From: Candidatus Lokiarchaeum ossiferum
GTDB lineage: Archaea > Asgardarchaeota > Lokiarchaeia > Sigyniarchaeales > Promethearchaeaceae
Assembly (NCBI GenBank): GCA_025839675.1
Contig: CP104013.1
Span: 4,560,001-4,592,000 of the forward strand
Length of the DNA stretch: 32,000 bases
Direction: 5' to 3'
Shown here: positions 24,121 to 30,775 of the stretch, one piece after another
Position numbering within the stretch: the first letter of the stretch is position 1
Layout: the number at the start of each line of letters is the position of its first letter
Notes under the pieces: model-generated
Told to the model about the DNA's origin: nothing
Databases searched by the model: none
The model's input: the letters and a program-made list of their open reading frames with translations, nothing else
Translations under genes and position numbers: made by a program

Positions 24121-26697
24121 CTATTCTAGTTTTAAAGAAGGATCTCCAATAAAAACGTAGTGTGATTCTCGTAAAATCATTTTTAATCTTGAATCTTCTT
24201 CATTCTCATCTGAAAAGCTTTGGGATATATTGAATAATTGTTTGTTGACTTTAAGATGGGCGCTACCTATAGATTCATTAAGAAAGATATGATTAATAAA
24301 TTCCCCCAAGTATAATTTTAGCATATCATTGAATTCATTAGATATTCGAGCAAAAATTCCAATGAAATGACGTGAGCTGATTGATTTGGTAATGTTATAG
24401 ATTTGTGTGAAAAATCGTGGGATTGATTTATTACTTTCATCGATTATCCGGACATCTAAAATCAACAAAGGTCTAAAATAGGGTAATCCTTGAAGTTCGT
24501 TTCGTTGTTTTGCGTAAGATAACATATCAATTATTTCTTGTATGCTGAGTACCTCATTGTTTGAAGTAAGGAAGTAGGATTGGCTAGGATTCTGATCTAA
24601 ATAGAACATATTTGCAGAAATGTGAATTATATTATAAATACCTGATGTAATTTCTTTTTCAATACTATCTTTTGAACTATATGAGGGATCAATAGAAGAA
24701 AAACGATCTACTAAATTCTGAAGATTATTAATTTTCTCCTCAATAAATTTCCGTTGTATTTCACCATTTTGGAACTTAAATAATGGGCAATATTGTTGTT
24801 CTTCCTCGTTCCAAACATGGGGAAACTTCTGATTTAAGTCACCTATACTTAGCATGGTGAATTTCAGATTAATTTCATCTTGTGATTTTCCCACCTTGAT
24901 TTTTTCCATTGCAAGTTTGGGTTCTCGAAATCTATATCCAAAAGCGAATTTTGATCCAAATGATGATCTTTGATCATTTAGCATTTCAAGAGGAAAATTC
25001 GGCTCATCCATAATTACATAAACTTCGGGGGTATGATCCGATCTTAAATTCAATTCTTCAATAAAATCTCGTATATTTTGAGGTAAAAAAAGATAGGCCA
25101 ACATGCCAAATTGTTGTTGTTCTAAGATAACAGTCTCATTTTTTTCAGAATGGGTTGCATTATCTATGGTCGTGCCATAAACAGGAAGATTTAGATATAA
25201 TTCATTTAAATATGGTTCATCCCAGTATTCCTTGGTTTCAATATTGTCCATTTTCGAAAACCCTGATTTATAGTAAATTTCGGAAAATAATTTAATCGGT
25301 TTTCGGGATGGAATCCTTAATTTTAATAAAATCTCTGAAGGCATCATTCCGCCAATATCCGCTTCTTTTCGGGAAATTCGACGCTCTTTTATACGATTAA
25401 TTGTAAAAGGAAGTTGTTCTTCTATAAGTTGAATAAAGCATGGGTGATCTTGAATTCCCAATTGTTTAGCACTTAACGTAACTATCTCCAAGTAACCTTC
25501 TTCAAAAAACCCTCGATGTAATGCCGCCCACCAGAAGTCTTCTTTTGAAGTAAAAATGTGGCCTCGACATATTAAATAATATTCATTGCGTGCATAGCAA
25601 TAATCCTTAAAAGAATAATAATCATCAGGAACTATGAGCAAATCTCTGTATTCTTTGATGGCTCGCACAAAATATTTTTTGTCTTTTAAATTTCTGAATT
25701 TTTTTGCCGCTTCAGCCCAAATACTTACCAAATATGTGGGAAATCCCTTAAAATTTGTGAAAAATGTGGCTAAATGTTCATACGCAAGGAATGCTGTCTG
25801 ATAGCTGCCTTGTCTGTAGCAGGTTTTTATAAATTCCCTTAAAAATTTTTTTGCTTTTGATAATTCATTATTATTTTTTAATTCTTCACAATAATTTTGC
25901 ACGATAGAATAAGCCCAAGAATTTTCTTTAATCATTTGAAGATTTACAATTGTTTGTTGCGTCAAATCTAAATTTTGTCCCGGATCCATAAGATGAACTT
26001 TTTCTTTGATCAATATATGAAAAGCTTCTTGAACGCTTTTATCAATTTTATTAAGTGAAACCAAATAAATGGTCTCAATAAATTCAATGTATTTAATAGA
26101 ACCCTCAAAAAACTGTTGATAAATATTTAAGCTAACACTTTTTAGTAAAATGGGGCGTTGATCATGGGCAATTTTTCTTAATATTTCAGAGAGTTTGGCT
26201 AAAGTACGTTCAAAATAATCATTTCGTTGATAATTTTTCTTGAAAAATAAAGACAATAGTAAAAGTTCAATGGTTTCTTTAAAATAATCCGCACGAGCGG
26301 TAAAAATTGCTAATGAATCTAAGAAATTCGCAATGCTGAAATCATTTGAAAAGCCAATTTTAACAAGAACTTTGGCTAATCGAAGCCCATTATAAATCAA
26401 ACGCGAAAAATCTTGAATTAAAAAAAGTATTTCAAATAAAAAATTATAGGCATTATAGATAAGAGGCCAATTAGCATAAAAATTTTTAACCAAGACTCGT
26501 AGATGATGCTCCCATAGATCAATTAAAATTGTATATCGGCGCATAATTTCGGAATTAGACAAATTACTTGTCTGTATTTCTTTAATTGTTGTGTTACACA
26601 ATTGAATTGCCCAATATTGTTGTTCTTGATTTAATAGTTTATCAATATGTGATGAAATTTCATCAAAATCATCGATTACATTTGTACCGTGGATCAT
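24121..26697 (-). CDS. large helical-repeat protein with a C-terminal CHAT-like (caspase-fold) domain apparently lacking the catalytic His-Gly/Cys
   Basis: ATG 26697 lies 1 nt after the actin-like stop. The C-terminal third follows the CHAT pattern: LAYLFLPQ..., VYVIMDEPNFPLEML, FAFGYRF, NIIHISANMFY, SIQEIIDML, RPLLILDVR. The N-terminal ~500 aa are alpha-helical and TPR-like by composition. Confidence 0.45.
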   Translation of the reverse strand: MIHGTNVIDDFDEISSHIDKLLNQEQQYWAIQLCNTTIKEIQTSNLSNSEIMRRYTILIDLWEHHLRVLVKNFYANWPLIYNAYNFLFEILFLIQDFSRLIYNGLRLAKVLVKIGFSNDFSIANFLDSLAIFTARADYFKETIELLLLSLFFKKNYQRNDYFERTLAKLSEILRKIAHDQRPILLKSVSLNIYQQFFEGSIKYIEFIETIYLVSLNKIDKSVQEAFHILIKEKVHLMDPGQNLDLTQQTIVNLQMIKENSWAYSIVQNYCEELKNNNELSKAKKFLREFIKTCYRQGSYQTAFLAYEHLATFFTNFKGFPTYLVSIWAEAAKKFRNLKDKKYFVRAIKEYRDLLIVPDDYYSFKDYCYARNEYYLICRGHIFTSKEDFWWAALHRGFFEEGYLEIVTLSAKQLGIQDHPCFIQLIEEQLPFTINRIKERRISRKEADIGGMMPSEILLKLRIPSRKPIKLFSEIYYKSGFSKMDNIETKEYWDEPYLNELYLNLPVYGTTIDNATHSEKNETVILEQQQFGMLAYLFLPQNIRDFIEELNLRSDHTPEVYVIMDEPNFPLEMLNDQRSSFGSKFAFGYRFREPKLAMEKIKVGKSQDEINLKFTMLSIGDLNQKFPHVWNEEEQQYCPLFKFQNGEIQRKFIEEKINNLQNLVDRFSSIDPSYSSKDSIEKEITSGIYNIIHISANMFYLDQNPSQSYFLTSNNEVLSIQEIIDMLSYAKQRNELQGLPYFRPLLILDVRIIDESNKSIPRFFTQIYNITKSISSRHFIGIFARISNEFNDMLKLYLGEFINHIFLNESIGSAHLKVNKQLFNISQSFSDENEEDSRLKMILRESHYVFIGDPSLKLE

Positions 26698-26698
26698 A

Positions 26699-27781
26699 TT
26701 ATTCCCATTCCATCCTTTTTTGCGAATTACGATAAATTTGTGATGCACCTTTCCAAATTGCGTTGGGATTTTGACTATCTTCGAATATTTGCACATTCAA
26801 TGTGATTGGGAAGCGTTTCTTAATTTGTTGTTGCAATTTAGATTTTAAATTTGGAATTTTGACCCCTTGACCACAAAGAACTATATTTTCGAGCATTATT
26901 GGTATTTGATCTCTCTCCCATGCTCTAATTGATCTCATAATAAATTCAATTAGATTATCGGATCGAATATGCGCGAGCTCTGGGATGAAGTATAATTCAC
27001 TCGCAAGAAATTTTTCTTTGTTGATTGTCAACTGATTTCCATCCGGTAAATAAATTGTAAAATCGTATTCTTGTGATCCTGTAGCAATTTCGTCAATTAT
27101 TTCATCAATTCTTAAAGAAGATTCAACTACATCTTCCTTTATTTTTTGGGCAATACTATATAGTGGATGAGTGGAAGAATATTGATATTTTTCAAATATC
27201 ACATCAATAAGATATTGCGTGATATGGTGGCCTCCGATAGGAAAAATAAAATTACTTTCAAAATTTGGAAATCCTTTAAAAATACCTTCAATTCGCGTTG
27301 AAAAATGTCCAAAATCAATGATTGTTCCTGTATCTTTTCCTAAGGCGGTCAAAATTGCTGCAGAATTTGGAATAAAGGCAAATTTTGGAAAACTCATAAT
27401 TTCTTGCAATATTCGTTTTAGTTCATTTAATTCTATTTTTGAAATATAAGATGGATAAACAATGATTAGATTTGATTCTGAAGGGATCCAGCCTTGATTT
27501 TTGAAGATTTCAGCTAAAAAATATGCAAAGGATGAGAAATCTTTGGTCTTAAGAAAATATTTAATGAGCAAGGTATCTTTAAATTTGAGTGCTTTATTTC
27601 CATAATGACGTTCTTTTCCCATCTTGGATAAACCTGTTTGGGATGAAATTTTAACTATGGGTTCATCTGAATCTGCAAATATTGATGGGTTGATAATTTT
27701 AGGCTCATAATCTCCCGCTATACCTATTTTCGTTTCAAAACTTCCTAATTCAACAAGAATGTCAAATTTTACGTCTGTGAT
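26699..27781 (-). CDS. divergent actin-family ATPase (actin/Arp-like); start probably ATC 27781
   Basis: Colinear with actin. The matches are DILVELGSFETKIGIAGDYEPKIINPSIFA (phosphate-1), TGTIIDFGHFSTRIEGIF (phosphate-2), IFPIGGHHITQYL, IYLPDGNQLTINKEKFLASELYFIPEL, NIVLCGQGVKIPNLKSKLQQQI and NAIWKGASQI. The first ATG (27622) would delete phosphate-1. AGGGGAT (27792-27786) plus a 4-nt spacer precedes ATC 27781. Confidence 0.8.
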   Translation of the reverse strand: MTDVKFDILVELGSFETKIGIAGDYEPKIINPSIFADSDEPIVKISSQTGLSKMGKERHYGNKALKFKDTLLIKYFLKTKDFSSFAYFLAEIFKNQGWIPSESNLIIVYPSYISKIELNELKRILQEIMSFPKFAFIPNSAAILTALGKDTGTIIDFGHFSTRIEGIFKGFPNFESNFIFPIGGHHITQYLIDVIFEKYQYSSTHPLYSIAQKIKEDVVESSLRIDEIIDEIATGSQEYDFTIYLPDGNQLTINKEKFLASELYFIPELAHIRSDNLIEFIMRSIRAWERDQIPIMLENIVLCGQGVKIPNLKSKLQQQIKKRFPITLNVQIFEDSQNPNAIWKGASQIYRNSQKRMEWE

Positions 27782-27836
27782 ATGTATCCCCTAATATTAA
27801 TTCAAGAAAGATTCCTAAAAAGATAGTGTAAAAGAA

Positions 27837-28529
27837 TTAATTTACATAGATATCATATAATTCACTAATACTCTGTTGCAATTTGAATTCCCGGATTTGC
27901 ATATTTAACAAATCCATGGTTTTCTTAAAATCTTTTATCACTCGTTTATAATCAATATCACTAAAACGTTCTACTTCATTTCGCTTCATGGAAAAATCTT
28001 TCAATCCGGAGTTCAATTTTAATTCTAAGTCATTGATGGATTTGATTAAACTTTCGGTGTTGGATTCATTAATTCTTCGCATTTTTCGTAGAATCGTTAA
28101 AATCGAAGAAGATGTTTGATTCCAAAGTGAATATCTGTCTTCATAAGACTTTCCTAATTGTTTAAAAAAAATCTCTGAATCACCCCAGAAATTTCCAGTT
28201 GGTGTATCATCTATTTGAACATTGGATTTAACAATCGTTGGTTGTTCTGGAACAGAAGTGGGAGGTTTTAATGTAATTTGTTTTGGTGAAATCAGGGGTT
28301 TGCCAATCAATTTCAATTTTCCTTCTTCAGGAAAGGGGGATTCGGAAGGCTGATCCTCTTTAAGAAATGACGGTGTAGAAACTTTTCCAACATCTGCACT
28401 CGTTGTGGTTTTTAACTTTGGAATTCCATCATCATCCAAATCACTTAACATATTCTTTAATTCTTGAGTTTGTTCTAATTCCTTTTTTTTTTCCTCTGGA
28501 TATTTTGAATTATTAGAATCTTCTGACAT
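27837..28529 (-). CDS. hypothetical protein: acidic/Pro-rich disordered N-half, coiled-coil C-half
   Basis: 230 aa. Residues 1-110 are low-complexity (E, D, P, S, T, K). Residues ~115-230 are helical with heptad character. It lies immediately upstream of the actin-like gene. Confidence 0.55.
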   Translation of the reverse strand: MSEDSNNSKYPEEKKKELEQTQELKNMLSDLDDDGIPKLKTTTSADVGKVSTPSFLKEDQPSESPFPEEGKLKLIGKPLISPKQITLKPPTSVPEQPTIVKSNVQIDDTPTGNFWGDSEIFFKQLGKSYEDRYSLWNQTSSSILTILRKMRRINESNTESLIKSINDLELKLNSGLKDFSMKRNEVERFSDIDYKRVIKDFKKTMDLLNMQIREFKLQQSISELYDIYVN

Positions 28530-28557
28530 TTTCCATCAATTCCTTCTTTTTTAACGT

Positions 28558-28899
28558 TTACCAATTCGATATTGCAGAAAACCATTCTATTAGTGACGAA
28601 TTCATGCGTTTAAAACTATCTTTTACTAACTCATATTCTGTAAACTTTCCTTGTTTAATTCCCATGATCAAATTCTGCTGTTGAAGAATTTTGATATGAT
28701 GGGATATTGTGGATTGTGATTTATTCAATGCACCTTCCAGTTCAGTAATGGTATAGCTCCTTTTTTTTAGAAGATTTACTATCGCAAACCGATCTACATT
28801 TCCGATTGCTTCGATGGAGGCGCGTAAGTTTAATAAGTCAGAATTATTTGCAAGATTTTCTTTTATTTCATTAATTTCTTGTGGTGTCAAATCATCCAT
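28558..28899 (-). CDS. ArsR/SmtB-family winged-helix transcriptional regulator
   Basis: NVDRFAIVNLLKKRSYTITELEGALNKSQSTISHHIKILQQQNLIMGIKQGKFTEYEL is a typical ArsR wHTH. Confidence 0.85.
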   Translation of the reverse strand: MDDLTPQEINEIKENLANNSDLLNLRASIEAIGNVDRFAIVNLLKKRSYTITELEGALNKSQSTISHHIKILQQQNLIMGIKQGKFTEYELVKDSFKRMNSSLIEWFSAISNW

Positions 28900-28902
28900 A
28901 GA

Positions 28903-29718
28903 TCAATGTTCTCCTTTTTTCTTTATATCTTTTCTTTCTATCCATGCATTCCATAGATCGAGAAAATTTTGAACTTTTTCTTTGTCAATACTATAATAAG
29001 TAAATTTACCTTTTTTCCATCCTTTAATTAGACCCTCACTTTCCAATTTTTTAATATGGTGGGATGAAGTGGATTGACTTTTCTTAATCAATTTTTGGAT
29101 ATCGCTTAATTTCAATTGGTGAGTTCTTAGCACTTCTAAAATGAGAAATCTGTCCATATTCCCCAAAACTTCTAATTTTCCAACAAGTGTTTGAAAATCC
29201 TTCTCATTATGAATTTTTGTCGATATATGGCTTGTTCTGACCTTTAAATTTTCCTTATTCTTATGCTTTCCTTCTTTCAATTCATCTGAAGCTATCAAAT
29301 CCTGAATAAGTTTTAATTTATCATCACTCATTTTCAATTTTTGTTTGATGTTGAAATTATGAAATGCTAGTTCAATAGCAGGAAGTAAATCATTAACAGT
29401 TTGGATAGGTTTGATGATATAACTTGAAGGTTCAACATTTTTTGCTTTTTGTAATGTTTCAATATCTTCATGGGCAGTAATGAATATAATTGGAATATCA
29501 TGTTTTTTTTGAATTTCATTAGCAGTATCAATTCCATCCATTTTTCCATCTAATGTAATATCCATTAAGAGAAGATCAGGATTGCTTAATTCTACTTGCT
29601 TTATTGCTTCCTCTCCTGAACTAACAATTTTTAATGGTTCATAATTCATATCGCTTAGCAAGCTTCCGATGCCCATCGCGGTAACGATTTCATCTTCAAC
29701 TATCAAAATTTTTTTGAT
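28903..29718 (-). CDS. response-regulator receiver (REC) domain fused to an ArsR-type wHTH
   Basis: REC motifs: ILIVEDE, phospho-acceptor LLLMDITL, IIFITAH, YIIKP. The C-terminus NMDRFLILEVLRTHQLKLSDIQKLIKKSQSTSSHHIKKLESEGLIKGWKKGKFTYYSI is ArsR-like. Canonical TTG 29706 would give MIVEDE. In-frame ATC 29718 (or ATA 29721) after a G5 tract at 29731-29727 gives MKKILIVEDE. Confidence 0.8.
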   Translation of the reverse strand: MKKILIVEDEIVTAMGIGSLLSDMNYEPLKIVSSGEEAIKQVELSNPDLLLMDITLDGKMDGIDTANEIQKKHDIPIIFITAHEDIETLQKAKNVEPSSYIIKPIQTVNDLLPAIELAFHNFNIKQKLKMSDDKLKLIQDLIASDELKEGKHKNKENLKVRTSHISTKIHNEKDFQTLVGKLEVLGNMDRFLILEVLRTHQLKLSDIQKLIKKSQSTSSHHIKKLESEGLIKGWKKGKFTYYSIDKEKVQNFLDLWNAWIERKDIKKKGEH

Positions 29719-29863
29719 TATTATTTCCCCCTACTAATTAGAATCTGCTTTGATGGAATAAAAAGATTTGACGAAACTTTATTTAATTTTTTTCTCAAAT
29801 ATATTATAAGTTATTAACTAATTTACTTAAAGAATTTTCTTTCTTTTTTTTCCTATAAGGAAT

Positions 29864-30775
29864 TCAAAAATCATCATTTGAGAATATTTTATGATATTTC
29901 CATTCATTCCGATTTATGAAATTAATTTTCCTAATTTCCAATATTCTCTCCTCGAATTGCTTTAAAGAATGGCAATCAGAACCGATAGAAAATGGAATGT
30001 CATTGGCGAGAAGGTGATGGAACATATCCAAGTTTGGAAATGACTCTTTCCATGGATAATAAAGCCCACTTAGATTTATCTCATACAACATATTTGAGTT
30101 CCTCACCAAATGACCTAATTCGATTGTTGGAAAGTATTGTCTGTATTCGGGAGTGAACCAAATATGATGATTTGTTAAAAATCGAAAAATGACATCTGGA
30201 TGGGCCACTACATCAAAAAGCTGACTGTGAATCAATTTATGCAATTTATCAAAATATTTGCCAAGAACTTTTGAAAAAGATCCATGTTTTTCAACCAACC
30301 ATTGTAAATCTCTTAGAACTGTAATTGCTCGGAAATCTTCTATCTCATGGGCACTTCCTACAATCAAATCGAATTCATTTTGATAGTCCTCTAAAAAATT
30401 CTGGAGTTGGTCTTCTCTTTCGGGATAATATTCTAATTCCAAGCCTGATGAAATATGTTTGTAGTGTTCTTTTGCTGAATCTATTTCTTCTAAATATTCT
30501 GATAAGGTTTCAGGATTTAAGATAGAATTTCGCGTGTTAATGTGGGATTTCTCAAAACATGCCAATTCGTAGTGATCTGCAAATCCAATATGAATCTTAT
30601 ATTTTTCAGATAATTGAGCATATTTTTCAATTGTGGCTCCTGAAGAAGCATCTATGGACCAATTTGTGTGTACATGGAGATCAAAATCCCAATTAGGTGC
30701 AATTTTTCGGAATATTCTGTAATGATTCGCTCTATTTGGCATCTCATTCATCTTTCTCGGAATTAACGTTTCCAT
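29864..30775 (-). CDS. PHP-domain phosphoesterase (HisJ-type histidinol-phosphatase family)
   Basis: DLHVHTNWSIDA, GFADHYE, GSAHEI, VAHPD, SIGSDCHS. Alternative ATGs at 30751 and 30742. All three options overlap or abut the Hef stop (30746-30744). Confidence 0.8.
   Translation of the reverse strand: METLIPRKMNEMPNRANHYRIFRKIAPNWDFDLHVHTNWSIDASSGATIEKYAQLSEKYKIHIGFADHYELACFEKSHINTRNSILNPETLSEYLEEIDSAKEHYKHISSGLELEYYPEREDQLQNFLEDYQNEFDLIVGSAHEIEDFRAITVLRDLQWLVEKHGSFSKVLGKYFDKLHKLIHSQLFDVVAHPDVIFRFLTNHHIWFTPEYRQYFPTIELGHLVRNSNMLYEINLSGLYYPWKESFPNLDMFHHLLANDIPFSIGSDCHSLKQFEERILEIRKINFINRNEWKYHKIFSNDDF

Noticed and set aside
26698-26796. N-terminal extension of the CHAT-like gene (track start 26796)
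   Set aside because: It overlaps the conserved C-terminus of the actin-like gene out of frame. ATG 26697, 1 nt after the actin-like stop, fits translational coupling.
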